Of a DNA stretch of 64,000 nt, positions 9,051 through 24,458 are shown in pieces. Positions within the stretch are counted from its first letter, which is position 1. Every line of letters begins with the position of its first letter. Source of the stretch: Candidatus Eiseniibacteriota bacterium (lineage in GTDB: Bacteria; Eisenbacteria; RBG-16-71-46; JABDJR01); the NCBI GenBank assembly GCA_963762255.1, contig CAVXKA010000002.1, forward strand, positions 800,001-864,000, given 5' to 3'. The position numbers were made by a program, and so were the translations under genes. The notes beneath the pieces are model-generated. The model was not told where the DNA came from. It saw only the letters and a list, made by a program, of their open reading frames with translations, and searched no databases.

Positions 9051-11420
9051 TCAAGACGGGGGTCGTGCGGGGACGGCGCCTTCCGGTGCCATGATCGGGG
9101 CCGTTGTGAACCCGAGACGATCCGCCACCTCGCCAAGAAGCGGGGCGGAGACGGCGTCCGGGGCGGCGCCGGGCCGCAGCCCCCTGCGCACCGCGCATGC
9201 ATACCAGACGTTCTGGGCCTCCCAGAGATCGGGAGAGGGGTCGAGCATGGCCGCGACGCGCAGCATGCCCAACAACTCCAGCGCCCCGCTCTCGGAGGGT
9301 TCGCGACAGAACGCCCGCGTCTCGCGCAAGAGCCGCAGGCTGAGAACATCGGCGAATCGCCGGTCGCCGCGGGCCAGTCCCAGGGCCTTGAACCTGGCCA
9401 GCCGATCCGCCCAGGCCGCTGCGCCGTTGCCCGTGCCGGGCGGCGAGAGCATCTCCGCGAGAAGGTCCTCCTGCCAGACGATCTCGAGGACCCGCGCCAG
9501 CGCACGGGGCGGGCGGATGCGGCGTGCCTCGAGAAACCGCACCACCGGATCGCGGGTATCGAGCAGGGTGCGCAGCCGGAGGACGGTCTTTCTCTCGAGA
9601 CGCTGCAGAAAACGATCCGAGAGGAGCTGGGCCGCCTCCGATCCGAGGTGCTCCACAGGGATCTCGATACGGTCCCCGCCGTCAGGGCCGTAAGCCCGCA
9701 TCCATGCGGGGGGGGCGATCGTGCGCTCCAGCCGGACGGACAGTCGGGGGGTTGCCTCCAGGATCACGTTGTAGTGGAAACCGCTCCGCACCATGGTTCG
9801 CCGGTGAGTCAGCTCGACAGTTCCCTCATCGCGGACATCGCTCGGAAGCACAACCGCGGCGAAGGCGGGAGGGGCCGGCACTTCACCTCGCCCCAGCCCC
9901 AGACGGCGGCCCAATACGGCCTCGGCAGCCACCTGCGGTGCTCCGACTCGCGACGTGGCGACGACCTCGCGGAACAAGTCGGCGCCCGTGCGGATCGGTT
10001 CGGAGTTGGTGCGCGCGCCGGCGAGGATACCCAGGAACTCCTCGTCGAGCGCGGCGGGGACGTCGGCCCCGCCCAGCTCCCTGGCCCGCGCCGCATAGCG
10101 GAGCACCTGCAGGGTCTCGATGCCGGCCAGATCGGCGAAGAACCAGCCGCAGGAAGTGAACATGAGCAATGCATGCCGCTCCATCTCGAGGAGCCGCCAC
10201 ACCTCGCTCGTGTCCGAAGCCGCGGGACAATGCGCATCGAGGAAGACGGCGCGCCGTTCCGGCGATGGGTCCAGCAGCACATCGATGTATGCGTCCCGCG
10301 CCACCCAGGGATCTCGGAAGAGACCCGCCCCGCGCTCCTCGAAGACCCGCGCAAGCCCGCGCCGCAGCGTCTGGAACGCCTCGTAGAGCGGAGCCCGCCA
10401 CTTCTGATTCCAACCGGGCTGGGCGCCCGTCGAGCACCCGCAGTCCGCGCGCCAGCGCTCGACGCCGTGCGAGCAACTCCAGGATCCTCGTTCGAGGACC
10501 TCCGCCTCCCAGAGCGGATGATAGGTGTCCAGGAACGCGGCGTAGTTGGTGAGCGTGATGTCCGGATGCTCCTGGACGCGGTTCAGCGCGTAGGCCAACG
10601 CCATCTCACCGAACCGATGATGGTGCCCGTAGGTCTCTCCGTCGGTCGCGATGTTGAGAAGCGGCGCGTCCGCCTTGCGCGTCAATGCGGCCTCGACCAG
10701 GCGGGCCGCGAACCGCTCGCCGTCCTCGAGAAGCCTCTCGAACGCGACTTCCCGCGCGACCCCCCCGTCATAGAAGAAGAGGGCCATATCGTGTCCGCCG
10801 ACCGTGCGATGACGGTAGCCCCGACCGAGATCGCCCGCTCCGACGTCCCGCCGCCACGGCGCGTCCCCGGTCGGACGAACGGCGGTGAGTTGCCATGGCG
10901 CAAGAACCGTGAATCGCACCCCTGCTTCAGCCAGAACGTCGAGGCTCTCGGGGTCGGCCGCCGTCTCGGGAAGCCACATCCCCTCGGCGGGCCGTCCGAA
11001 CACATGGCGGAACTGGGCCAGGCCCCAAAGGACCTGGGCTCGCTTGTCGCGGCGATCCAGCAGGGGAAGTATCGCGTGGTTGTACGCCTGGGCGATCGCG
11101 TTGCCATGCCCCAGGCGCAGCCTCGAATTGCGATCGGCATCCACCAGCGCAGTCAGCGTGGTCTCGCCATGCCGCGACATCCAATCCAGCAGCGTGGGCC
11201 CGAAATTGAACGAGAGACGTTCGTAGTTGTCGACAATCGCTGCTATGCGTTGACGATGGTCCAGGACACGCGCGGCGCGGTTCGGGGCATAGCATTCGCG
11301 CAGGACGCGCGCGTTCCAATCATGGAAGGGCCGCGCCGAGGGCTCGGCGTCGACGCGCTCCGTCCAGGGGTTCTCGCGAGGAGGCTGATAGAAGTGTCCG
11401 TGAACGATGACGTATCGCAC
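9051..11420 (-). CDS. Glycoside hydrolase family 57 protein (DUF3536-type)
   Basis: HGHFYQPPRENPW, SFNFGPTLL, GMWLPETA, ATDGETYGHH, WSCSHGVERW, MFTSCGWFF. Confidence 0.9.
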   Translation of the reverse strand: MRYVIVHGHFYQPPRENPWTERVDAEPSARPFHDWNARVLRECYAPNRAARVLDHRQRIAAIVDNYERLSFNFGPTLLDWMSRHGETTLTALVDADRNSRLRLGHGNAIAQAYNHAILPLLDRRDKRAQVLWGLAQFRHVFGRPAEGMWLPETAADPESLDVLAEAGVRFTVLAPWQLTAVRPTGDAPWRRDVGAGDLGRGYRHRTVGGHDMALFFYDGGVAREVAFERLLEDGERFAARLVEAALTRKADAPLLNIATDGETYGHHHRFGEMALAYALNRVQEHPDITLTNYAAFLDTYHPLWEAEVLERGSWSCSHGVERWRADCGCSTGAQPGWNQKWRAPLYEAFQTLRRGLARVFEERGAGLFRDPWVARDAYIDVLLDPSPERRAVFLDAHCPAASDTSEVWRLLEMERHALLMFTSCGWFFADLAGIETLQVLRYAARARELGGADVPAALDEEFLGILAGARTNSEPIRTGADLFREVVATSRVGAPQVAAEAVLGRRLGLGRGEVPAPPAFAAVVLPSDVRDEGTVELTHRRTMVRSGFHYNVILEATPRLSVRLERTIAPPAWMRAYGPDGGDRIEIPVEHLGSEAAQLLSDRFLQRLERKTVLRLRTLLDTRDPVVRFLEARRIRPPRALARVLEIVWQEDLLAEMLSPPGTGNGAAAWADRLARFKALGLARGDRRFADVLSLRLLRETRAFCREPSESGALELLGMLRVAAMLDPSPDLWEAQNVWYACAVRRGLRPGAAPDAVSAPLLGEVADRLGFTTAPIMAPEGAVPARPPS

Positions 11421-11479
11421 CGGGACATTTTACGCGGAGGGAGCCGCCAAGCCCAGGGGGGCGCGGGGAAACCGACGGG

Positions 11480-11518
11480 AAAAGAAAAAGGCCCGGATCT
11501 CCTTCGAGATCCGGGCCT
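11480..11518 (-). terminator. Rho-independent terminator of the rRNA operon
   Basis: Minus strand AGGCCCGGAUCUC-GAAG-GAGAUCCGGGCCU followed by UUUUCUUUU, just downstream of 5S. Confidence 0.88.
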
Positions 11519-11554
11519 CGGCTCATCCGCGGATCTCTCGATCCGCCAAGAAAA

Positions 11555-11671
<117 letters not shown>

Positions 11672-11828
11672 CAAAAATCAGGTTCGAACGGCGCGGGAGC
11701 GCAGGCCTCATTCCGCTGCGGTCAGCGGTCTTCAGCGGCCCGTCTCCGCTTCGCCTCGAACCATGAAGAAATGACAACCGAAGAATGCGAATCGAATTGC
11801 CGATTTGACCAGGCACTAAGAAGTAAAC

Positions 11829-14861
<3,033 letters not shown>

Positions 14862-14976
14862 GAAAAATCCGGTCTTACCCCTTGGTGCTTGGCAAATCTG
14901 CATTGGCAGCAATTCTCCGTCCCGGGCGAACCCGGAACGTGAAGAATCGCGCTTACTCGATTCGCAAATCTTCGGT

Positions 14977-14987
14977 TGTCAAAGATC
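14977..14987 (-). promoter_or_regulatory. Spacer boxA-like antitermination element GAUCUUUGACA
   Basis: Near-identical to the leader copy; expected position upstream of 23S. Confidence 0.6.
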
Positions 14988-15044
14988 TCGTCGCGGCGAC
15001 CTTCCCCCGGGAAGGTGGCCGCGCTCGTAAGAAAGCTGTTCGAC

Positions 15045-15120
15045 TGGTGGAGATAACCGGGATCGAACCGGTAACCTCCGGCTTGCAAAGCCGGCGCTCT
15101 CCCAATTGAGCTATATCCCC
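15045..15120 (-). tRNA. tRNA-Ala(TGC)
   Basis: GGGGAUAUAGCUCAAUUGGGAGAGCGCCGGCUUUGCAAGCCGG...GGUUCGAUCCC...CCACCA; 76 nt. Confidence 0.97.
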
Positions 15121-15151
15121 AAGCCTGTCATGGCTTGCCGCTCACGCAGCG

Positions 15152-15228
<77 letters not shown>

Positions 15229-15451
15229 GCGAACCAGATGGAAGAGCGGCCCTCATGGCCGCATTTCCTGATCCTGCAGGGCCCGGTTGCCAGGGCGTTC
15301 GTGAGGAATCCTTCGGAGGATCTGCTTCACGCGCCACGCACCCTGCCGTGATGAAGGAAGAATTAATGGTGTGCGTGCAGGGAGCTCGTCGAGTCGACCT
15401 CGGAGACTGGAGTTCTTCCTCCGCCGAAGCGGCATCGGAACCCTTGCTCCA

Positions 15452-17010
<1,559 letters not shown>

Positions 17011-17143
17011 TCAAAAAACACGGAGCGAAGCCGATCGATGACGAATCACCGACCGCTTCACTAGAATTGCAAGATTACCCACCCGGCTTGCACCGAGCGG
17101 GCCACCTCACGGCGGGCTCATCACTACACGCACACCATTAAAC

Positions 17144-17154
17144 TGTCAAAGACC
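17144..17154 (-). promoter_or_regulatory. Leader boxA-like element GGUCUUUGACA
   Basis: Position in the rrn leader; repeated before 23S. Confidence 0.6.
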
Positions 17155-17247
17155 TTGGGTTCCTGGGCCCGAAGGCTCGGGGAGAGCCCGATGGCCACGG
17201 GAACGAGTCTGAGAGGAACGCCGTGCCCCTGTCAGACGCGGACGAGC

Positions 17248-17276
17248 ATCATACTCATGCCCCCAAACACGGTCAA
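17248..17276 (-). promoter_or_regulatory. sigma70 promoter of the rRNA operon
   Basis: TTGACC-17 bp-TATGAT on the minus strand, about 240 nt upstream of 16S. Confidence 0.8.
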
Positions 17277-17491
17277 GCATGTTTCTGCACTTTTCTTCGA
17301 CTCTTTCCGCACGAAGTCATAACCACCAACAGCACAATAAATTACACTCAGCGCAGGCTCGTCCAGGCCGGCCTCTCCCCTCACCCTCTGCGGGGCCTCT
17401 TTTTTTCGGAGCAGCTCGTAACATGCACTGCTGCAATTCGTTGCGGTTCGACTGTCGCAGTCGATGCCTCCGCTCTCTGAGGCCGCGCTGA

Positions 17492-18718
17492 TCACGCCTT
17501 CTCGACCTGCGCTCGTGCCCAGGCGCGTTTCCCCACACGAATCTCATACGCGCGGGGCCTGGGCGAGAGCACGGCGAGTTCGCTCTCCACGCGTTCCGCA
17601 TCCACACGCACCGCGTTGGCCTGAATGAGTCGGCGCGCGTCGCTCTTGGACTTGACCAACCCGCATGCGGCGAGCGCGTCGACAATACCTACGCCATCTG
17701 CCTGTCCGGAGAGCACGAATGTCGGCATGTCATCCGGCGGGCGCCCGTCGCGAAACATGCGGTCGAACTCCGCCGAGGCCTCTTCCCCCGCCTCCGCCGT
17801 GTGATACATGCCCACGATGCGGCGCGCGAGTTCCGCCTTCACGTCTCGAGGATTCGTGCCCCTCGCGGCCAGGCGCGTCCGTATTCCTTCCAGCTCGTCG
17901 ACGCCGGCATCGGTGGCGAGAAGGAAGTATCTGTGGATCAGCGCATCCGGGATGGACATCACCTTGCCGAACATCTCGCGCGGCGGTTCATCCACCCCGA
18001 TGTAGTTCCCCGTGCTCTTGCTCATGCGCATCACCCCGTCCACACCCTCGAGGATGGGCGTGGTGATGATGACCTGCGGTTCCTGGCCGTGGGCCTCCTG
18101 CAGGGTGCGCCCCATGAGCAGGTTGAATTTCTGGTCGGTGCCCCCCAACTCCACGTCCGCCCGGACGGCCACCGAGTCATAACCTTGCATGATCGGGTAG
18201 AAGAACTCGTGAATGGAGATGGGGCGTCCGGCGCGGTAGCGTTTCTCGAAATCGTCGCGCTCGAGCATCCGCGCGACCGTGAACCTGGAAGCCAACCCCA
18301 TGATCTCCATGAAGCTCATCTTGGAGAACCACTCCCCGTTCCAGCGCACCTCGGCACGACCCTCATCCACGACCTTGAAGAACTGCCTCAGGTAGGTTTC
18401 GGCGTTCTGGCGCACCTGGTCATGGGTCAGGCGAGGCCGGGTCTCGCTGCGTCCGGTGGGATCGCCCACCATGCCGGTGTAGTCACCCACGATGAGCACG
18501 ACCCGGTGTCCAAGATCCTGAAAAGCCCGCAGCTTGCGCAACCCCACGGCGTGCCCCAGGTGAATGTCGGGAGCCGAGGGATCGAAGCCCATTTTCACGC
18601 GAAGCGGCACCCCGCTGGCCGACGACCGCTCCAACTTACGGACAAGATCCTCCTCGGGGATCACCTCTTCGGTGCCCGAGCGGATGCTCTCGACTTGCTC
18701 ACGAACCGGAATTGCCAT
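17492..18718 (-). CDS. tyrS: Tyrosine--tRNA ligase
   Basis: [34 protein letters not shown]-terminal S4-like domain. Confidence 0.97.
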   Translation of the reverse strand: MAIPVREQVESIRSGTEEVIPEEDLVRKLERSSASGVPLRVKMGFDPSAPDIHLGHAVGLRKLRAFQDLGHRVVLIVGDYTGMVGDPTGRSETRPRLTHDQVRQNAETYLRQFFKVVDEGRAEVRWNGEWFSKMSFMEIMGLASRFTVARMLERDDFEKRYRAGRPISIHEFFYPIMQGYDSVAVRADVELGGTDQKFNLLMGRTLQEAHGQEPQVIITTPILEGVDGVMRMSKSTGNYIGVDEPPREMFGKVMSIPDALIHRYFLLATDAGVDELEGIRTRLAARGTNPRDVKAELARRIVGMYHTAEAGEEASAEFDRMFRDGRPPDDMPTFVLSGQADGVGIVDALAACGLVKSKSDARRLIQANAVRVDAERVESELAVLSPRPRAYEIRVGKRAWARAQVEKA

Positions 18719-18788
18719 GGCTCCTGGATCCTCCTGCCGATGAGGCCGGTCAGTCTATCACCGAACCGGGGGCCTCCCCACCCGGGCT

Positions 18789-20930
18789 TTGACCGTCTCC
18801 ATCCCCGCCGGTTACCATCGTAGGGTGAAGATCTTTCTGTACTCCTTCCTCGCATTCCTCCTCGCCGGCGTTCTGGCCCTCATCGTGATCATCAAGGTCG
18901 TGGGGCGCGATCTGCCGTCCCCCGCCAGGCTCCAGGCCATTTCTCCCGCGGTGAAGACCAAGGTGTTGGATAGAGAGGGTCGCCTGATCGGCGAGTTCTA
19001 CCGGGAGAACCGGACCCTGGTGAAGCTTGACGACGTCCCCGCCGACCTCGTGAATGCGTTCCTCTCGGTGGAAGACCGCCGGTTCTTCGACCACTGGGGG
19101 GTCAACCTTCCTTCAGTAATTCGTTCCAGCCTTCGCAACGTCTTCAGCCTGCGGGTGCGCGAGGGAGCAAGTACGATCACCCAGCAGTTGGCCCGAAACC
19201 TCTTTCTGACCCACGAACGGACCTTCTCGCGAAAGGTCAAGGAAGCGGTCCTCGCCGTGCGCATCGAGCAGAACTACTCGAAGCGTGAGATCCTCGAGAT
19301 GTACCTGAACGAGATCTACTTCGGAGATAGCGCCTACGGAGTGCAAGCGGCCGCGAGACGCTACTTCGGCAAAGACGTCGGCGATCTCACCCTCCCTGAA
19401 AGCGCGCTCCTGGCCGGCGTGGTGCGCAATCCCCTCGCCTATTCCCCGCGCCGACACCCCGAGGCGGCCCAGCGACGGCGGGCGATCGTGCTGCGGTCCA
19501 TGGAGTCCTGCGGCTACATCACCCGCGAACAACTGCAGGCGGCCATGGAGGATTCCGTCTCGGTGGCGGCCGCGTCGCTCAACCCGGACAATGCCCCCTA
19601 TTTCATGGAGATGGTCCGCCAGGTCCTGGAAGCGGAGTTCGGGAGCGAGGCCATCTACGAGGGCGGCCTCGTCGTTCACACCACGCTCGATCTCCCCCTC
19701 CAGCAGGAGGCGGAGCGCGTTCTCGAGAATCATCTCAACAAGCTCGAGGACTCCATCCAGCCCAAGATGAGCAGAGCGGGCTACCTCCTGCGCAAGGAGC
19801 GGGGGGACGACCCGCCCGTGGAATACATACAGGGGGCGGCCATGGTGCTGGACGTCGGCACCGGGGCGATACGAGTCCTCATCGGCGGCCGCAGCTTCGA
19901 GGAGAGCAAGTTCAACCGCGCGGTGATGGCAATGCGTCAACCCGGGTCCGCGTTCAAGCCGTTCATATACCTGGCCGCGATCGAGAAAGGCTTCTATCCG
20001 TCCTACACGGTTGTGGACGCCCCGATCGTCTTCTACGAACGCGGGCAGGCTCCCTGGCGGCCGCAGAACTATGATCACCAATACCACGGGCCGGTCACGC
20101 TTCGCTACGCCCTTCAGAAGTCGCTGAACATCCCCACCATCAAGATCCAGGAGGAGGTGGGGACGGAGAAGGTGATCCAGGTCGCCCGCGCCGCCGGCAT
20201 CGAGACCCCGATCCCGCAGTTTCGCAGCATCGCGCTCGGCACCGCCGAGGTCACGCTGCGTGACCTCACCTACGCGTACGCGGTATTCGCCAACGAGGGA
20301 ATCCGGGTCGATCCGATCTTCATCAACCGGATCGAGGACCACGCCGGCAACCTGCTCAAGGAGTGGAAGCCGAAGCGTCGAGAGGTGCTGCCCGCGGCCC
20401 CGGTCGCCGTCCTCGTCGACATGATGCAGTCCGTGATGGACCATGGGACCGGCGCTCCCGCCCGCACGATGGGATTCAGACTTCCCGCCGCGGGCAAGAC
20501 CGGTACGACGGATGACTACACCGACGCATGGTTCGTGGGATTCACCCCGCATGTGGTCTGCGGAGTGTGGGTGGGCTACGACAAGCGCAAGCCGATCGGC
20601 CGTGGCATGACCGGCTCCGAGGCCGCACTTCCAATCTGGGCACCGATCATGATCGCGGCCACGAAGGGAAGCGCCCCCGATAATTTCAGCGCCCCCGAAG
20701 GCGTCGTGATCCGCGATGTCTGTGACGAGACCGGGCTCCTGGCCACTCCCGCGTGCCCGGCGGTGACGGCAGAGGAGTTCCTTGCCGGCCGGGTTCCCAC
20801 GGAAAGGTGCTACCTGCACGGCGCTTCGTTCGACCTGAGACTCCGCAACCGGTGGACCGATCTGCGCAAGAAGGACTGGAAGCAGGAAAAGGAAGAGGAA
20901 CGCCAGGTGAAGGAGCCGGGCCGACCCTAG
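18789..20930 (+). CDS. Class A penicillin-binding protein (PBP1A family)
   Basis: N-terminal TM; transglycosylase EDRRF, GASTITQQL; transpeptidase SAFK, SLN, KTG. Start may be GTG near 18825. Confidence 0.93.
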   Translation: MTVSIPAGYHRRVKIFLYSFLAFLLAGVLALIVIIKVVGRDLPSPARLQAISPAVKTKVLDREGRLIGEFYRENRTLVKLDDVPADLVNAFLSVEDRRFFDHWGVNLPSVIRSSLRNVFSLRVREGASTITQQLARNLFLTHERTFSRKVKEAVLAVRIEQNYSKREILEMYLNEIYFGDSAYGVQAAARRYFGKDVGDLTLPESALLAGVVRNPLAYSPRRHPEAAQRRRAIVLRSMESCGYITREQLQAAMEDSVSVAAASLNPDNAPYFMEMVRQVLEAEFGSEAIYEGGLVVHTTLDLPLQQEAERVLENHLNKLEDSIQPKMSRAGYLLRKERGDDPPVEYIQGAAMVLDVGTGAIRVLIGGRSFEESKFNRAVMAMRQPGSAFKPFIYLAAIEKGFYPSYTVVDAPIVFYERGQAPWRPQNYDHQYHGPVTLRYALQKSLNIPTIKIQEEVGTEKVIQVARAAGIETPIPQFRSIALGTAEVTLRDLTYAYAVFANEGIRVDPIFINRIEDHAGNLLKEWKPKRREVLPAAPVAVLVDMMQSVMDHGTGAPARTMGFRLPAAGKTGTTDDYTDAWFVGFTPHVVCGVWVGYDKRKPIGRGMTGSEAALPIWAPIMIAATKGSAPDNFSAPEGVVIRDVCDETGLLATPACPAVTAEEFLAGRVPTERCYLHGASFDLRLRNRWTDLRKKDWKQEKEEERQVKEPGRP

Positions 20931-22150
20931 CGGGATCTCTGCGGCGCGCGCACCGCGTCGTCGAAAGCATCGAGCGCGGGCAGCGCGTTCCCTTCGAAAT
21001 CGAACAGGGCCACGTTTTCCCAGGCCGATCCGAACTTGCGCGTCGAGATCCAGTCCGGTGCCCAGTAGAACATCCCGGCTCCTCGGCCACCGGCGATTCC
21101 CAGCAGGATCGAGCGCTCCGCCTCTAAGAACGCGCGCTGTCCTTCCGGGCTCGCCGGATACCCGGGCAAGAGCTGTCCCGGCTCTCCCACCAGGTTGTGG
21201 GTGGTGTCGCTCCATGCCAAGGTCCACGGGTACGCGGTTTCGACCACCAACACCGGCTTTCGATACCGCTCGGACAAGTCGTCCAGGTTGGCCCTGAGAT
21301 CGTCGAAGCTCCCATGCCACCACGGGTAGTACGAGACGCCGATCAGGTCGAACGGCACGCCCTCGGCGAGTGCGCGATCGAAGAAACGGCGACAGACTTC
21401 GTTGTTCCCCCCGGCGTCGACATGGAGAAGGATCTTGGGAGCCCGCCCTGGTGCGGCTCCCTCCCGCGCACCTGCCGCCCCCGCCGCGAGCAGGGCCGCG
21501 AAGCGAGGCCAGTTGGCATCGTGCGCGCCTCCCACCCTGCCGGCCTCCCAGAGGAATCCGCCGGTGATCTCATTGCCGATCTGCACGATGTCGGGAGACG
21601 CACCCTCGTCGCGCATCGCGGCAACGACGCTCGCGGTGTAGTCGTGCACCGCCCGCACGAGATCGGGAAACGCCAGGCCCTCCCACGCAGCCGGCATCGT
21701 CTGACGGCCCGGATCCGCCCAGGTGTCCGAGTAGTGGATGTCGAGCAGCACACCGAGGCCCAGCCCCTTCGCGCGCCGGGCCGTGCGAATCGTGGCGCCG
21801 AGGCCGCAGACGCCATCCGGCGGCGTGTGCCAGACCCGCAGCCGCACGATGTTGACCCCGTGATCGCGGAAGATCTCGAGCGCGTCGCGCTCGCCCGCTG
21901 CGTCTCGGTAGGTGCCGCCGCCGGTTTCGACCTGCTCCAGGAAGGAGACGTCCACGCCGTTGAGGAACGCGGCGGTCGACTCCGAAAGATCGAGCGTCGC
22001 GGGGCCGGTGCGCGGAGCGCAGCCGGGAAGCGCCGTCGCCAGCGTCACGGCCATCGTCACTGCCAACGCCAACGCGGCGACACGCGTCGACACCCGCACC
22101 GGGGCTGGGATCACCCGCGGCGCGGCACCTGCACGTGTCGACGACAACAC
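20927..22150 (-). CDS. GH53 endo-beta-1,4-galactanase-like lipoprotein
   Basis: GVDVS, RLRVW, HYSDTWADPG, VQIGNE, SYYPWWHG, VVETAY; lipobox-like LPGC. Confidence 0.88.
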   Translation of the reverse strand: MLSSTRAGAAPRVIPAPVRVSTRVAALALAVTMAVTLATALPGCAPRTGPATLDLSESTAAFLNGVDVSFLEQVETGGGTYRDAAGERDALEIFRDHGVNIVRLRVWHTPPDGVCGLGATIRTARRAKGLGLGVLLDIHYSDTWADPGRQTMPAAWEGLAFPDLVRAVHDYTASVVAAMRDEGASPDIVQIGNEITGGFLWEAGRVGGAHDANWPRFAALLAAGAAGAREGAAPGRAPKILLHVDAGGNNEVCRRFFDRALAEGVPFDLIGVSYYPWWHGSFDDLRANLDDLSERYRKPVLVVETAYPWTLAWSDTTHNLVGEPGQLLPGYPASPEGQRAFLEAERSILLGIAGGRGAGMFYWAPDWISTRKFGSAWENVALFDFEGNALPALDAFDDAVRAPQRSR

Positions 22151-23457
22151 TAGCCTCCGAACGCCTCCGCCAATGCCTCGCGGCCCGCTTCCAGCGTGCG
22201 ATCGATGTCGGCCTCGGTGTGCGCCAGCGAGATGAACCCCGCCTCGAACTGCGACGGCGCGAGGTAGATCCCGCGACGCAGCATTCCATGGAAGTAGCGC
22301 GCGAACGCCGCGGTGTCCGAGCCCTTCGCATCGTCGTAGTTGCGGATGTCGCCGGTGCGGAAGTAGAGGCAGGACATCGAACCCACGCGTAGGTAGGTGA
22401 GCGGATAGCTCCGCTCCCCGATCACCGCGCGCATGCCGTCTTCCATGCGCTGCGCCAACGTTTCGAGCCGGTCGTAGGCGGCGGCGTCAAGCCGGCTCAG
22501 CGTGGCCATCCCCGCCGCCACCGCGAGCGGGTTCCCGGAGAGAGTCCCCGCCTGGTAGACCGGGCCGGCCGGAGCGAGCATCTCCATGATCTTCGCCGAG
22601 CCGCCGTAAGCGCCGACGGGAAGTCCTCCGCCGATGATCTTGCCGAGCGTGACGAGGTCACCATGAACGCCGTAGCGCTCCTGTGCGCCGCCCCGAGCCA
22701 CTCGGAACCCGGTCATCACCTCATCCATGACGAGGAGCGCGCCCTCGGCCTCGGTGACCGCGCGCAGTCCCGCAAGGAATCCCGGGTCGGGGGGGATGAG
22801 CCCCATGTTGCCCGCCACCGGCTCCACGAAGACCGCAGCGATGTCGCCCGGATGCGCGCGGAAGAGCGCCCTCACCTCATCGAGGTTGTTGAACGCCGCC
22901 AACAGCGTGTCGGCCACCACCGTGTCCGTCACGCCGGGACTGGTGGGCACGCCGAGAGTGGTCGCGCCGGAGCCCGCTTGCACCAGAAACGCGTCGCCGT
23001 GTCCGTGGTAGCAGCCCACGAACTTCACGAACTTCCGCCGTCCGGTGTAGGCGCGAGCGAGCCGCAGCGCGGACATCGTGGCCTCGGTGCCGCTGTTCAC
23101 CAGTCGCAACATCTCGATGTTGCTCACGCGCAGAGAAACTAAACGCGCGAGACTGGTCTCGCCTTCCGTGGGGGCGCCGTAGCTCGTGCCGCGCCCCGCC
23201 GCCGTGCGCACCGCCTCCACCACCGCGGGATGCGCGTGCCCGAGAATCATCGGTCCCCAGGATCCCACGTAGTCGATGTACTCGTTGCCGTCGATGTCGA
23301 AGACCTTGGCGCCGCTTGCGACGGCGATGAAGGGGGGATCGCCCCCCACGCCCCCGAACGCGCGCACCGGAGAGTTGACGCCACCGGGGATGACCCGACG
23401 TGCCGCATCCATGGCGAGGCGGCTGAGCTCGTATCGCGGTGTCTTGGACGATGCCAT
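22150..23457 (-). CDS. hemL: Glutamate-1-semialdehyde 2,1-aminomutase
   Basis: PGGVNSPVRAF, SGTEATM, DEVMTGFR, GKIIGGGLP, YQAGTLSGNP; start trimmed to MASSKTP. Confidence 0.96.
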   Translation of the reverse strand: MASSKTPRYELSRLAMDAARRVIPGGVNSPVRAFGGVGGDPPFIAVASGAKVFDIDGNEYIDYVGSWGPMILGHAHPAVVEAVRTAAGRGTSYGAPTEGETSLARLVSLRVSNIEMLRLVNSGTEATMSALRLARAYTGRRKFVKFVGCYHGHGDAFLVQAGSGATTLGVPTSPGVTDTVVADTLLAAFNNLDEVRALFRAHPGDIAAVFVEPVAGNMGLIPPDPGFLAGLRAVTEAEGALLVMDEVMTGFRVARGGAQERYGVHGDLVTLGKIIGGGLPVGAYGGSAKIMEMLAPAGPVYQAGTLSGNPLAVAAGMATLSRLDAAAYDRLETLAQRMEDGMRAVIGERSYPLTYLRVGSMSCLYFRTGDIRNYDDAKGSDTAAFARYFHGMLRRGIYLAPSQFEAGFISLAHTEADIDRTLEAGREALAEAFGG

Positions 23458-23468
23458 CTTCGCTTCCC

Positions 23469-24458
23469 CTATCCCGTCCAACCGTTGCGCAAGAGCTTCG
23501 CCGCGTCCCGCGCGAAGTAGGTCAGGATCATGTCCGCCCCCGCGCGGTGGATCGAGGTGAGGCTCTCCATCATCACGCGGTCTCCGTCGAGCCACCCGTT
23601 GGCGGCGGCCGCGCGGATCATGCTGTATTCCCCGCTCACCTGGTAGGCGGCGGTGGGCACGCCGAAGCGATCCTTCACGCGCCGGATCACGTCGAGGTAG
23701 GGCATGGCCGGCTTCACCATCACCATGTCCGCACCCTCCTCGAGGTCGATGGCCACCTCGCGCAGCGCCTCGTCGCTGTTGGCCGGATCCATCTGATGCG
23801 AACGACGATCGCCGAACGCGGGGGTGGACTCCGCGGCGTCGCGGAAGGGCCCGTAGAAGCCCGATGCGTACTTCGCCGCGTAGGAGAGGATCGGCAACTC
23901 GGGGAAGCCCGCGGTGTCGAGCGCGGAGCGAATCGACGTCACCATGCCGTCGATCATGCCCGACGGCGCGATCACATCCGCTCCCGCGCGGGCCAGCGAA
24001 ACCGCCTGGCGGGTGAGGTTCTCGAGGGTCGCGTCGTTGTCGAGCGCGCCGTCCCGCATGACCCCGCAATGGCCGTGCTCGGTGTACTCGCAGAAGCAGA
24101 GATCCACCATCGCGACCAACTCCGGCGCCGTCTTCTTCATGGCGTCCAGACCGCGCTGCACGATTCCGTTGTCGCGCCAGGAAGCGGATCCGGTGGCGTC
24201 CTTCTCGTCGGGGATGCCGAAGAGGATCACCGAGGGAATGCCCTCGTCGCGGATCTTCGCGGCCTGCGCCGCGAACGTGTCCACCGACCACTGGCTCACT
24301 CCGGGCATCGATCCCACCGGCTTGTTGACTCCGGTGCCGGGGCAGATGAAGACGGGGTAGATGAAACCGTCGGTGGTGAGACGGGTCTCGCGCACGAGCC
24401 GGCGCACGCCGGGGTGCTTGCGCAACCGGCGCATGCGAAGCGTGGGATAGGTCGTCAT
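23469..24458 (-). CDS. hemB: Porphobilinogen synthase
   Basis: RMRRLR, CFCEYTEHGHCG Zn site, FYGPFRDA, MVKPA, YQVSGEY. Confidence 0.96.
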   Translation of the reverse strand: MTTYPTLRMRRLRKHPGVRRLVRETRLTTDGFIYPVFICPGTGVNKPVGSMPGVSQWSVDTFAAQAAKIRDEGIPSVILFGIPDEKDATGSASWRDNGIVQRGLDAMKKTAPELVAMVDLCFCEYTEHGHCGVMRDGALDNDATLENLTRQAVSLARAGADVIAPSGMIDGMVTSIRSALDTAGFPELPILSYAAKYASGFYGPFRDAAESTPAFGDRRSHQMDPANSDEALREVAIDLEEGADMVMVKPAMPYLDVIRRVKDRFGVPTAAYQVSGEYSMIRAAAANGWLDGDRVMMESLTSIHRAGADMILTYFARDAAKLLRNGWTG